This document shows, one piece after another, positions 1 to 23,570 of a stretch of DNA of 64,000 nt. The DNA is taken from contig NC_045732.1 of assembly GCF_009834535.1 (NCBI RefSeq), positions 77,872,001 through 77,936,000 on the forward strand, read 5' to 3'. The position numbers were made by a program, and so were the translations under genes. This DNA comes from Camelus ferus (taxonomy: Eukaryota). Each line of letters begins with the position of its first letter. Positions within the stretch are counted from its first letter, which is position 1. The notes under the pieces were generated by a model. That model saw only the letters and a program-made list of their open reading frames with translations, was not told the DNA's origin and did not search any database.

Positions 1-1316
1 TGCAGAAGAAGCCTCTGAGAAAATATTCATAATTTTAAAAATTCTGAGCAAAGTATGAATAGAGGGGAACTTTCTTAGTCTGATAGAGTCTATCCACACA
101 CACACAAAACCTTTGTTAATCTGAAGGAGACTACAAAAAACCTAGAGTAATTACTATTTTTGATGTTGAAGCTTTGGAAACATTCTGTTCAAAATCGAAC
201 AAAATGAGGATGTCGACTATCACTGTTGTACTAGTGGTACTAGAGCAGTAAAACAAGGAAAGGAAATCAAAGTTACAATAATTGTAAAGAAAGAAAACCG
301 GCATTATTTGCTGCTGAGAGGACTGTCTACATAAAAAACCCAAAAGAACTTACAGACAAATTTTTGGAAATAAGGGTTTAGAAAGTTTTCTAGCTACAAG
401 ATCAGTATGTGCAAAAAATCAACTGCATTTCTATACATACACCAGCAACAGAAAGTTAGAAAATATAATTTTAAACAAGACACCATTTACAAAAGTTACA
501 AGATACCTAGGAATCAATCTAACAAAAGATGTGAAAGACCTATATTAGGAAAATCGTAACACTTTATTAAAAGACATTAAGGAATACCTAAGTAAATGGA
601 GAGTGAGCCCATGCTCATTAATAGGAAGACTTGATACAATAAGTAAGTCAGTTCTCCACAATTTATCTACAGATTAATGTAATTCCAGTCAAAAGCTAAT
701 CAGGGTTCAAATATTCAGATATTTACACACGCATGTTTATAGCAGCATTACTTACAGTAGCCAAAAGGTGGAAACAGCTCAAGTGTCCACCAACAAATGA
801 ATGGAGAAAGAAATGGTCACATGATGGAANNNNNNNNNNNNNNNNNNNNNNNNNNNNNNNNNNNNNNNNNNNNNNNNNNNNNNNNNNNNNNNNNNNNNNN
901 NNNNNNNNNNNNNNNNNNNNNNNNNNNNNNNNNNNNNNNNNNNNNNNNNNNNNNNNNNNNNNNNNNNNNNNNNNNNNNNNNNNNNNNNNNNNNNNNNNNN
1001 NNNNNNNNNNNNNNNNNNNNNNNNNNNNNNNNNNNNNNNNNNNNNNNNNNNNNNAGTTTAAGATGATGACAGTGTTCTACCAATGGATGGTGGTGATGGT
1101 TGCACAACAATGTGAATGTGCTTAATGCCATGCAACTGTACACTTAAAAATAGTTAAAATGGTAAATTTTAATATTATGAATATTTACAATTTTTAAAAA
1201 TAAAAATTGCTAAAATGATAAATTTTATGTTATTTATATCTTACCACTACTTTAAATAATCTAATCAGGTTTGAAATGATCTGATCAATCTAACAAATTA
1301 ATTCTACAATTTATAT

Positions 1317-1465
1317 GGGGGAATGGGTATAGCTCAGCGGTAGAGCACATGCTTAGCATGCATGAGGTCCTGGGTTCAATTCCCAGTACCTCCATTAAAA
1401 TAAATAAACAAATAAACCGAATTATTCCCCCCTGGGAAAATTTTGTTTAAAAACCAATAAGATAA
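1317..1465 (+). mobile_element. Camelid tRNA-derived SINE (Vic-1-like)
   Basis: tRNA-like head GGGTATAGCTCAGCGGTAGAG...GGGTTCAATTCCCAGTACCTCC with an AAAT tail. Degenerate TSD AATTTA(T/C)ATGG; inserted into an old L1 ORF2 remnant. Confidence 0.85.
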
Positions 1466-1767
1466 AATTTACATGGAAGCACAATAGCCCAAGAACAGCC
1501 TCTTGAAAATGAAGAATAAGGTGGGAAGATTTGCCTTACTGGGTATCAAGGTTTATTATGAAGCTACAGTAATTCAGACAGTGTGGTACTGGATACACAA
1601 ATTGACTAGGAGAATGAAATAGTGAGCCCCCCAAATGACCCACAGTTACATGGACACTTATTATACAAGAAAATTGGTATTTCAAGACAGTGAGTAAAGG
1701 ATGTTCATCTTAAATGGTACTGGGACAATTGCAGGTCCCTATGGAAAAGAAATAAAAGAAACTTGAC

Positions 1768-2833
1768 CAAACGATGTGACTGACAAGGGGTTAATTTCTA
1801 AAATATACAAACAGCTCATACAGCTCAATATAAAAAAAACCCAAAGAATCCTATCAAAAAATGGTCAGAAGACCTAAATAGACATTTNNNNNNNNNNNNN
1901 NNNNNNNNNNNNNNNNNNNNNNNNNNNNNNNNNNNNNNNNNNNNNNNNNNNNNNNNNNNNNNNNNNNNNNNNNNNNNNNNNNNNNNNNNNNNNNNNNNNN
2001 NNNNNNNNNNNNNNNNNNNNNNNNNNNNNNNNNNNNNNNNNNNNNNNNNNNNNNNNNNNNNNNNNNNNNNNNNNNNNNNNNNNNNNNNNNNNNNNNNNNN
2101 NNNNNNNNNNNNNNNNNNNNNNNNNNNNNNNNNNNNNNNNNNNNNNNNNNNNNNNNNNNNNNNNNNNNNNNNNNNNNNNNCTGGAGAAAACTCTAATTTG
2201 AAAAGATACATGCACCCCAATGTTCATAGCAGCACTATTTACAACAGGCAAGTCATGGAAGCAACCTAAACGCCCACTGATAGATGACTGGATAAGGAAG
2301 ATGTGGTATGAATGAATATTACTCAGCCATAAAAAATAATGAAATAATGCCATTTGTAGCAACATGGATGGACCTAGAGATTATCATACTGAGTGAAATA
2401 AGTCAGACAGAGAAAAACAAATGTCATATGATATCACTTACATGTGGTATCTAAAAAAATTATACAAAGGAACTTATTTACAAAATAGAAATAAACTCAC
2501 AGACATAGAAAATAAACTTATGGTTACCAAAGAGGAAGGGGGGAGGGATAAATTAGGAGTTTGGGATTAACAGATACACACCACTATATATAGAATAGAT
2601 AAACAACAAGAACCTACTGTATAGTACAGGGATCTCTATAGTCAATGTCTTGTAATAACCTATAATGTAAAAGAACCTGAAAAAGATTATATATAGAGAG
2701 AGAGAGGGAGAGGGAGAGGGAGAGGGAGGGAGGGAGGGAGGGGGAGAGAGAGAGAGAGAGAGAAAGAGAAAGGGAGTGTCACTTTGCCTGAAACTAACAG
2801 AACATTGTAAATCAACTATACTTCAATAGAAAA
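1768..2833 (+). mobile_element. 5'-truncated younger LINE-1 (3' ORF2 + 3' UTR + polyA) with an internal GA microsatellite
   Basis: ORF2 C-terminal sequence and a laurasiatherian-type 3' UTR ending CAACTATACTTCAATAGAAAAAA. TSD AAAAGAAACTTGAC at 1754-1767 and 2834-2847. Contains an assembly gap. Confidence 0.85.
2692..2775. repeat. GA/GGA-rich compound microsatellite
   Basis: (AG)n-(GGAG)n-(AG)n tract visible in the sequence. Confidence 0.9.
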
Positions 2834-3245
2834 AAAAGAAACTTGACTCCTACCTCACACCATACATAAAAGTGTGAAAAACAAGACAACTTCTAGAAGA
2901 TAATGTAGGAGAATATCTCCATAATCTTGAGGCAGGGAAAAGCTTCTTAAACAGGACACACAAAAAAACACTAACCATCAAGAAAATGTTACATTTTACT
3001 ACATTAAAATTAAGACGTTCTATTCATCAGAAGACATCATTAAGAGAGGGAAAAGGGAAGCTACAGACTGGAAGAGATTTGTAATAATATAACCAACACA
3101 GAGCTCATATTCAGAATAAATAAAGAACTCCTAGAAATTAACAAGAAAAAGATAAACAATCCAATAGAAAAAAATGGGAAGACTGATGAGAGCAGGTATT
3201 CCACAGAAGACGAAACGCAAATGGCAGAGCTGAAAATATATATAC

Positions 3246-3645
3246 TGTATGAGTTTTTTGTAACTGCAGTCAGAAAGTACCATACACTGGGAGTTTAAAA
3301 CAACCAAGATTTAGTCTCTCACAATTTTGGAGGTCAGAAGTCTGCGATCAGGGTATTGGTAGGACTGGTTCCTCCTGAATCTGTTCCATCCCCTCTCCTT
3401 GCTGTTCCTTGGCCTGTAGACACATCACTCCAATCTCTGCCTCTAGCTTCACAAGGCCCTCTCCTCTCTGCGTTGTGTGTCTGTTTTTCTCTTCTTATAA
3501 GGACACTCGTCACTGGATTAGGGGTCGCTACTCCAGTTATGACCTCATCTTAACTAATTATATTTGCAAAGACCCTGTTTCCAAATGAGGTCACATTCTG
3601 AGGTTCCAGGTGAACATGAATTTGGGGGACACTATCCAACCCAGC
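3246..3645 (-). mobile_element. MaLR solo LTR (MLT1 family)
   Basis: MLT1 motifs CTCACAATTTTGGAGGTCAGAAGTC...GACCTCATCTTAACTAAT...GCAAAGACCCTGTTTCCAAATGAGGTCACATTCTGAGG...GGGGACACTATCCAACC. Confidence 0.75.
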
Positions 3646-3980
3646 TCATATACTCTATGACCTGGTAGATATACCTACTGAAATGTACATATATGTGCAC
3701 CATAAGACATATATGTAATTGTCTGCAGCACCATTAGCCATACTAGCCAAAGTGGGAAGCCACTCCAATGTCTCTCAACAGTAGAAGGGCTGAGGGGCTG
3801 GCAGAATATTTACTCAGGGGAATAGCAGTCATGTTGCTATTATGCAATGACTCCCATTAACCTCCCAACTTTGAGTAGAGAATCTAGACACAAAATGTAA
3901 TACTGAACAATTCCATTTATATAAAGTTCCTCAAACAAACAAAACAAAACAAACGTATTTAGGGATGCATGCTTCATTTA

Positions 3981-4300
3981 TGCTCTGGTCTGAATGTCCG
4001 TGTCCCCTCCAAATTCCTGTTGAAACCTAATGCCCTAATGGTCTTCAAAGGTGGGGCCTGTGGGAGGTGCTTAGGTCAGGAGGGTAAAGTCCTCATGATG
4101 GGTANNNNNNNNNNNNNNNNNNNNNNNNNNNNNNNNNNNNNNNNNNNNNNNNNNNNNNNNNNNNNNNNNNNNNNNNNNNNNNNNNNNNNNNNNNNNNNNN
4201 NNNNNNNNNNNNNNNNNNNNNNNNNNNNNNNNNNNNNNNNNNNNNNNNNNNNNNNNNNNNNNNNNNNNNNATAAGCCTCTTTGCCTTGTTCTCACGGCAA
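3981..4300 (+). mobile_element. MaLR solo LTR (MLT1A/MST-like), interrupted by a gap
   Basis: Starts TGCTCTGGTCTGAATGTCCGTGTCCCCTCCAAATTC, a typical MaLR 5' end. Confidence 0.65.
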
Positions 4301-5365
4301 GCACAGTACGGAGTTCGGGGGCTTTGGCAGGAATGTTCCAGGGCCTGGTCACCTGCTTTGTGGGTGTTGAGAGACTTCCACAGTGGTGGTAGGGGTCTCC
4401 TGATCCTCATATCACAGCTACAGTGGGGCGTCCTTGAACCTGCCTTCCAGTTCATCTCCTGCCTGGCAATGGGCAAGGAGAATTGCTCCCGAAGGGAAGG
4501 GGGAGACTGAATAATTGTGAATGATGATGCCGTCTGCCACGGCCCCTGAGACATCTTGCACTCAGAGGTCAGGAAGAGCCTCACAGCCAACCACGGGAAC
4601 CACAAGATGCACCCCCAGCATCGGCCAACAGCAGAATAAAACCAGGGGTGGTAGAAGGCTCACACACTGGATTGTGCAAGGATGGTACTACACAACCTGC
4701 GTCCTCTGTGTGGCACTATGAGTAGGGCGATGACATTTCATCATCTCAAGTACGAGCAGACTAAGCACTAGATGGTTTAGGGACACATACATAAGTGGTC
4801 AATCTCTAGGGAAAAAAAGGAGGGAACAATAAACACCAAGTTCAGGCTAGCAATTACTTCTGGGGGTGAGGCAGGGAAAAAGGGATTTGAGGGATACAGA
4901 TTCCTAGCCAAAGAATTGGCAGTGGCCTCTGAAGTCTGGGGCGGGGTGAAGAGGGCTGCTTTTACTGTATATTTCATATACTGGAAACGTGTAAGACAGC
5001 TTGTACATGTCTATGTAACACTCATGTAATTGATGTAGCACATAAATATCACACATAGTTTAGTATGTGTTCAATATTATATTAAGACAATTTAAGAAGA
5101 CGAGGGGATGATGAGGGCCCAGAAGGATTTTAATGAAGAAATGCCTTTACCCTAAAAAGAAAGCCCCAGGACAGAAGGTGCCCATGGGTGCTGTCAACAT
5201 TGAGGGAATGACAGCTTGGATATCACCTTGTGGTCAAAGCAGACTCACGTGGGTGCCACTCTTTGCACTTCCCTCCCAGCTCTGTGTCTTCCCGCTTTTG
5301 AACACCTATCACCCTGTGTTGTGGCCTACACTATTCCGCATCTCCTCTAGACCAGATTGTGAACT

Positions 5366-5498
5366 TTTTTTGGTTGTGGGGGAGGCAATTAGGTATATTT
5401 ACTTATTTATTTTATTTTTTAATGAAAGTACTGGGGACTGAACTGAGGACCTTGTGCAGTTTAAGCATACAATCTACCACTGAGCTATACCCTCCCCC
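5366..5498 (-). mobile_element. Camelid tRNA-derived SINE (Vic-1-like)
   Basis: Reverse-oriented head and tail. TSD CCAGAT(T/G)GTGAACT at 5352-5365 and 5499-5512. Confidence 0.85.
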
Positions 5499-6971
5499 CC
5501 AGATGGTGAACTCGAGGAGCAGGGTCCGAGTCTGACTCAGTGCCTGGCCCAGAGCAAGTGCTTCAGGAAGCCGGGAAGGTCACCACTGCAGGGACACCTG
5601 GCAACTGAGGGAAGGAAAAAAAAAAGCAGCCAAGGGCTTTTCTCCCCTAAGGATGGGGAGCAAGAGACCGCTGGCCAGCAAGATCACAATTTCAAGAATG
5701 TCTTTGCCTTGAAACTTTTTAAAATGGTGCCCTTTGTGTTCCTAAGTTTGCCCATGGCCACTGGCTCCTCTTGTCAGTCTGTGTCACTGCTCTCCTGGTC
5801 CCCAAGGTCCATCGACAGATTTCACTCCCATGGCACTGTTATAGAACTTCCCTCTTAAAATGTGTCCCTTGCCAGGTCTGTTCTGGGCCTGGAGGACGTC
5901 AGCTATGCTGTGACGCCCTGGTTAGGGGCCCTCAAGCTCTTCCCCTACCGGGGGCTGGGCCGACCAAGATCTCCAAGCAGGACTTTGGTGAGTGACTGAC
6001 TGACTGAGGGAATGCAAGTAAGCCCCAGGGCAGCCAGCAAGCCCAGCCAAAGCTGCCCTACCTCCTGCCCCTCCATCAACCTGGCCAAGCCCCTTTCATC
6101 TTTCTCCTATCTCATCTGCTCTGCTCACCAGAGCCAGACCAGCCCTTCAAAATACAAATTAAATCAGGGCACTAGGACGTCAAACTTCTTCAGGGCTTCT
6201 GGGGATACAGCCAGCACCAGCATTAGTTCCCCTCACCTGGCCTGGCCACTGCCACTTGGGGACCCTACAAATACCCTAAACTTAACTATCCCCAACTGAT
6301 CTCATCTCCCAGTCCCCAACTCCAAGAGCCACCTTCAGCTGCTGTCTCCCCTGACCATGTCCAGCCCGCCTCTTTTCTTTAGCTCAACTGCCACCATCCT
6401 AGCCATCCTAGTGCGAGTCACACTGGTGACAACCAGGACTACAATCTCAGAAGCAGTTTCTCTGACAAGTGGAGGTGATCAGTGGCCTATCAGCCACATG
6501 GAGCTGGGTGGGAGTCACTATGTGCAAGGTGCAGTGGCTCCCAGCACCTAGTCCCTCCTTCTGCTGTGCTTTTTTCCTGCAAGGCAGTGAGAGTTCTGCA
6601 CACAGACTGAATTCTGCCAATGAGATGGTGTTTGAGGGGCGGGGGTGGTAGTAGCAGTGGCTGGGCAGTGTCCCAGTGTCCAGTTATGATTGCCCCAATT
6701 TTTGCAGCAACAAATGGTGATGCAATGGATCGCTTTGTATGTGCATCCTGTATTTCTGCTGAATGGATCCCTAAGAGGGAAATTGCTTGGTTAAACGTCA
6801 CACACATTTTAGCTTGTTGGATGCTGCCAACTTATCCTCCAAAAACGTTCTACCAATTGATATTCTCACCACTGTGTAGGTGAGACTATGTTTCCTAACA
6901 TCCTTGCTGCCAACAATGGGCAGTATCAAACGTTCATCTCCCTGTATTTTTGTCATGAAAAATATCAAGCA

Positions 6972-7391
6972 TGTAGTGTTAGCTTCCCAGGACTGCTGTA
7001 ACAGACCAGCACAAACTGGCAGTCTTAAACCAACAGAAATTTATTCTCTCAGTTCTGGAGGCTAGAAGTCCAAAATCAAGGTGTCAAGAAGGCTGTGCTC
7101 CCTCTGAAAGTGCTAGGGAGGAATCTTTCTTTGCCTATTCCAGCTTCTGGTGGCTCCAGGAGTTCTTTGGTTAGCAGCTGCAAAACTGCCTGTCATCAAC
7201 TGGCCTTCTTCCCTGTGTGTCTGTGTCTAAATCTCCCTCTTCTTATAAGGACACTAGTTATTGGATTTAGGGCCCACCCTAATCCAGCATGACTTTATCT
7301 GCATCTGCAAAAATCCTATTTCAAAATAAGGTGACATTTACAAGTTCTGGATAGACATGAATTTCAGGGGGATACTGTTCAACCCACTACA
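6972..7391 (-). mobile_element. MaLR solo LTR (MLT1 family)
   Basis: TTAGCTTCCCAGGACTGCTGTAACA...AACAGAAATTTATTCTCTCAGTTCTGGAGGCTAGAAGTCCAAAATCAAGGTG...GATACTGTTCAACCCACTACA. Confidence 0.8.
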
Positions 7392-7513
7392 TGTAGCAAG
7401 GTCAAAAAAAAGCTTATGGTGAACACCCATATACTCACCCCCTAGATTCTGCCATTAACATTTTACTATCGTTGCTTTATCATACACCTATCTCTGTACT
7501 TAAACTTCTCTCC

Positions 7514-7598
7514 TTTTTTTAATGGAGGGACTGGGGATTGAATACAGGACTTCATGCATGCTAAGCATGCACTCTACCACTGAGCTATAGCCACCCCC
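7514..7598 (-). mobile_element. Camelid tRNA-derived SINE, short-tailed copy
   Basis: Reverse complement of the same A/B-box head, with a short T-tail and a TCTCTCC direct repeat on each side. Confidence 0.8.
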
Positions 7599-8522
7599 TC
7601 TCTCCATTTTATTTTTGGTGCATTTCAAACTAAGTTCCAAACTCAGATCACTTCCTCCTAAATAAAACCGTGTACATATCCTTAACAAGAATTCAATATT
7701 TGGTTATAGTTATTGGGTTTTTTGCTTGCTTCTAATGGTCACCAATCTGAGAAATCAAAAATGGCACAGAAAAAGGTGAAAGTCTCCTAATTCGTTTGAG
7801 GTGGTGTCTCCCATCTTCTGACTCTAGCTGTCATTTTCCTCTCTTAAAGGCAAACTTCGAGAAAGGACAATCTACACCGTGTCTCCACTTCCCCACACTG
7901 TCATCGCTCTTGCCAAATTGTTGTTGCTAAGTCCAAGAAAGTTCTCCATCCTCATCTTAACCTGCTTCCTAGCAGTTGACAATGACATTGTTAATCATGG
8001 TGTCCTTGAAACTAGGTTTCCCTGGATTTTCCCCTCCTCTCTGATGCTCCTCCTCCTTGCTCACTCTAAGTGCTGGTGTTCCTCCTCTTCTCTCCTCACC
8101 TGTGTCAGGTAGGGTTCATCTGCAGGAAAAAAAACCAAACCACTCTTGCTATTTTAAGTACTGAGAAGATTAAAACGGAGAGGCAAAGCCGCGCCTGTAG
8201 GGACTAGTGGAGCAGAGACCACCCTGGCCCCGCCCCACTCCTTCTGCGGGGTCGAAGCCCGAGGCGTCGGCGGGCGGTGGGAACCGGCGGAGCTCGGCCC
8301 CACCCCCTTTCCTACTTGGAGCGTGCGCGCCTGGAGACACGTACAGCCAACCAGTGAAAAGGAGCAGCTGTGAGTGGCATTTACGTCGCCCAATCATCTG
8401 GGGGTCTGGAGAGCCGGCTTGCTCCTGGGCCAATGGCGGCTCGAGGCGGAGCTCGGGCGGGGGCGACGGTCACCTGATCTGCGGCGGCAGTGGTGGGTTG
8501 AGGCAGTGGAGGCCGAGACGTT

Positions 8523-15284
<6,762 letters not shown>

Positions 15285-15929
15285 CCCTGCGCCTGTGAGG
15301 GGTTGAGGGCATCGTGGTGTCTGGGTTGTCACTTTCCCACCTTAAAGTGTGCTGGACAGAAGGGCTTCCCCTGTTCCTACCATAGCATGAGTCCCCAGTT
15401 CCCCTTGGCCTGTCTGGCTGCCTGTTCAGCCCGCTGAGGGTCTCCCCTGGGCTGCCCCCTCCCCATCTCTACCAACAAGGTGTATATATTCTGAACAGAT
15501 AGTAAACAAATCCCCTAGGCTTGGTCATTGTGAGGGAAAATCGTGTGAGTTCTAAGCCCCCTCCTCCTTCCCCTTTTTCCTTATTTATTCTCTTTTCTCC
15601 ACCTTCACCCTTGCTGTTTATAGTGCTTTTGTGTAACCAGTGCTCCCTCCTCAGGCTTTATGGGGCTCCTTGCAGTAGCCAGGAGCTGGAGGTTCCCTAA
15701 GTTCGGGGAGGGGGTGTGTGGAAGTACTATTTAACTGTCTGTTTTGCTTGGCTGGCATTATTGTCTTTTGGTGATGTGCTAACAATAAGCAGTACAGTGG
15801 GGTTTATTTCTTTGGCCTGAGAAGGAAAGGACCTCCATTCAGGTTGGGCTGGGTGTGATCACTGGGTTTATGGCATATTCTTGCCAGGATTGCCTGGCAG
15901 GAGCCTGGGGTGCTCCTGGTTTCCTTCCT

Positions 15930-15940
15930 AATAAAATAAA
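15930..15940 (+). terminator. ATP6AP1 polyadenylation signal (overlapping AATAAAATAAA)
   Basis: Two overlapping AATAAA hexamers ~650 nt after the stop codon. Confidence 0.8.
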
Positions 15941-16606
15941 GACCGGTCGCCATGCTTGAGCCTCTTGTCACTTATTTTTGCGCTGGGCGCAAGGATGCGC
16001 TGGGCTGAGGGCTGAGGGCAGCGGAAGGAGACGCCCGGATGTAGCTGTACCCTAGCCAGGCCAAGCGGGAGGCGGGAAGGTCCGTCCTGCTGGCTGCCTT
16101 TCCCCACGACCGGGAGGGTCTTTAGCAAGCTGGGCCTCTAACGGGAGGGGATGCAGCGCTCGGTGGGCAGGGGTGGAGGAAGGGCAGAGGTGGTTAGCAC
16201 GTGAGGGGGAGACGGCCGCGACAATGGTCGTCCCCATATCCCTAGAGGGGCCGCCTCGGGATGCCGCAGCGGCGCGCACCCAGGCCGCGGGGCCGCGCCG
16301 AGCCTCCCGAGGGGCGGGGCGCGCGCGGCTCCCGCGCAGGGATCTCTCGCGGGCCGCAGCACCGGCTGTCGGCCCGCCCCGCCCGCCCCGCCCCGCACCG
16401 CCGCGCTCCCCTCTGGGCCCCTGGCGAGCGGCGCCACCCTCGGAGCTGTGCTGGTGCAGGGACCCGCGTCCCAGTAACCCTCCCGGGAGGCCAGCTGGGG
16501 AGGCGGTGGCCCCGGTCGGGCACGGCGGGGGTGGGGAGGGGCCGGGACTCTTTGACGCGGCGGAGGGGTCGGGCGGCGTCCGGTACGCCGCCATCTTTGG
16601 TTCAGT

Positions 16607-16607
<1 letters not shown>

Positions 16608-16640
<33 letters not shown>
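16608..16640 (+). repeat. (CGG)11 trinucleotide repeat upstream of the GDI1 start codon (probable 5' UTR)
   Basis: 33 nt of uninterrupted CGG followed by AGGAGG, ending 55 nt before the ATG. Confidence 0.95.
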
Positions 16641-16695
16641 AGGAGGCTGTGGTGAAGGAGGAGGAGCCGACGGGCGCTGGCACCGAGGCCTGATC

Positions 16696-21576
<4,881 letters not shown>

Positions 21577-22432
21577 TTGCTGACTCCCGCCCCAGCCCCT
21601 GCGGCCCTCTCCCCCAATCCGAGTCTGTTCTTGAGGGCTGGGGAGATGCGCGTGGCTGGGCATCCCTGTTTCCAGCATCCTCTGCTTCCCCCACCACATT
21701 CCTGTCACCCACTTCATTGATTCACTGACCAAATCCTTAACCTTAGTGATGGTTTGGGAGATGGGGGTTGGTTAGTATCCTCTTTCTCGGCCCTTCCTTA
21801 TCTTGGGAAAAGAGAGTTCCTCTCCTTGCGTGTGTCTCTTCCCCCCACCTCTAATTCTTCTGCTCTGTTTGGGAAGAACATGGAGGAAAAGCTTACTTCT
21901 GCCCCCACCGCTCTTACCCCCACTGTAGTGGCCTTTGGAGATGCCCCCTGCCTCCCCCCACCAACTCTTATGTGTTGGAGAGAAGGGGCCCTCCCAGCAC
22001 AAAGTTGCATTCCTTTCCCTATCCAACTCCTGTAATTTATTCTAATTTATTAACTTCAGCCCACCGTGTCTAAGAAGGGAGCACTGTGCCCCTCAGCCGC
22101 ACCTTGTGGTGCGGCCTCAGGCTATGGAGCGGCTACCCTGGCCTGACCCTCCTGACCCTAGCCACCCTGGCATAGCCTAGGAAGGGAGAGGACTTGGTGT
22201 GGCCCCGTTGGAGGTTGATCTTATTTTTGTTTCTTGTCTTTGTGTCCGCTGGTACTTGCTGAGAGAAAAGATACGTGAGCAAAGCAGAAAGAGGTGGGAA
22301 AATGGACCCAAACCCCGTGTGCCCTGCCCGCCCTGTTCCTTTCCCTTCGTGGTGGGAAACCCTTATCTTGCAAAAGTGAATGTGTCCCCTTCCCCAGCCT
22401 CTAGTGTATTTCACAGAAGACAAAAACCTCCC

Positions 22433-22438
22433 AATAAA
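22433..22438 (+). terminator. GDI1 polyadenylation signal AATAAA
   Basis: Canonical hexamer ~860 nt after the stop, followed by TG/T-containing sequence. Confidence 0.8.
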
Positions 22439-23079
22439 ACTGTGTTGAAACCTGAGCCCAGATACTTAGTTTTACTTCCCAAAAGCTGCCTAAGGGGCCA
22501 GGTCTTGGCTCCCTGGGCCATCATGCTCTCCTACCCAAGTTTGGGACTGTGTGTAGCTTAGTTTTGCTGCTGATGGCTGTAAAAAAAAAAGTGACATTCT
22601 TTATCAGGGAATTGCAGAGCTCCTGAACGGAAAGGGCCTATACAGAGGAAACAGGTCACATCACCCTGCCCAAGGCCACCCAGGGAATCAGTGCTGATAC
22701 CAGGACTACAACCCTTGGGGATCAGTGGGAAATGGGGGAGAGGGGTCTGGCCTGGGGTGGGGTGGGGGTTGAAGTGGAGGAAGCAAAGGGGCGGGATTCC
22801 TGCCTTCAGGTCAAGAAGGAGGGGGGAGAGGGGACTAAGGCCCAGCCTCGTGGTCTGCGGAAATGAGGGACTGGGGCCCAGTCTTGGGAGGGGAGTCGAG
22901 GTCAAGGAAGCAGGGGGAACCGTGGTGACTTCAGGTGGGGAGGCAGCAAGGGGGTTGAGGGGCTCTGACCTTGGGTCGGGATCAACATCAATAAAGTGAA
23001 GGGCCCCGGGGCCCAGTCCTGGGGTCAACAGGAGGAAGTAGGACTGAGGACCCAGGCTCAGGCCAGGGGTTATCGTTGA

Positions 23080-23570
23080 GAAACGGATGGGGAACTAAGG
23101 AAACGAGGGACCGGCATCCAGGCTCCGGTTTCCCGGGGCGGGATGCGGGGGGGGGGGCTGGCTTCCGGGGGCGGGGCTGCCGGGGGTCACGTGCCGGGGC
23201 GGGGCGCCCGCGCGTCCCCTGGTGGCCGACGTCACGGCGCGGGCGTCAGCTGACTGCACGGCCGCCGCCGCCGCGGCTCCTGAGATTCGGCTGGGCCGTT
23301 GTCGCCGTCGCTGTCGCCGCCGCCGCCATGGCTCAGTACAAGGGTGCAGCGAGCGAGGCGGGCCGCGCCATGCACCTGATGAAGAAGCGGGAGAAGCAGC
23401 GCGAGCAGATGGAGCAGATGAAGCAGAGGATCGCCGAGGTGCGGGCCGGGCCGGGGCGCCACGGAGCATGCGCGCAGTCCGCCGCCCTGGCTCCCCGGGG
23501 CCCCGCGCGACCCCGGGCGGCGGGCGCAGAGCGCGGGCGGCGAGCCGGGGTGGGACCCTTGCTCGCTGAT
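23080..23570 (+). promoter_or_regulatory. FAM50A CpG-island promoter
   Basis: CpG-rich segment with ETS-type CTTCCGG, GC boxes, E-box GTCACGTG (23186-23193) and CRE-like GACGTCAC (23228-23235). Confidence 0.8.

Larger units (their letters stand above)
1..3230 (+). mobile_element. Fragmented old LINE-1 (ORF2 / 3' region) with nested younger insertions
   Basis: Degenerate L1 ORF2 motifs (for example AAATCAACTGCATTTCTATAC, AAGATACCTAGGAATCAATCTAAC, ACTCCTACCTCACACCATACATAAAA). Interrupted by an L1M 3' end (~700-1260), a SINE and a younger L1. Confidence 0.75.

Noticed and set aside
1317-1393. tRNA-like sequences (A-box and B-box) at the seven SINE heads as tRNA genes
   Set aside because: Each has an A/T-rich tail and target-site duplications and lacks a complete cloverleaf end, so they are SINEs rather than tRNA genes.
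733-4605. ORFs containing X runs
   Set aside because: These are artifacts of translating N gaps (830-1054, 1888-2180, 4105-4270).
1-8200. TAFAZZIN exons or an ATP6AP1 divergent lncRNA
   Set aside because: No tafazzin coding sequence is recognisable and the region is almost entirely repeats. A lncRNA cannot be supported from sequence alone.
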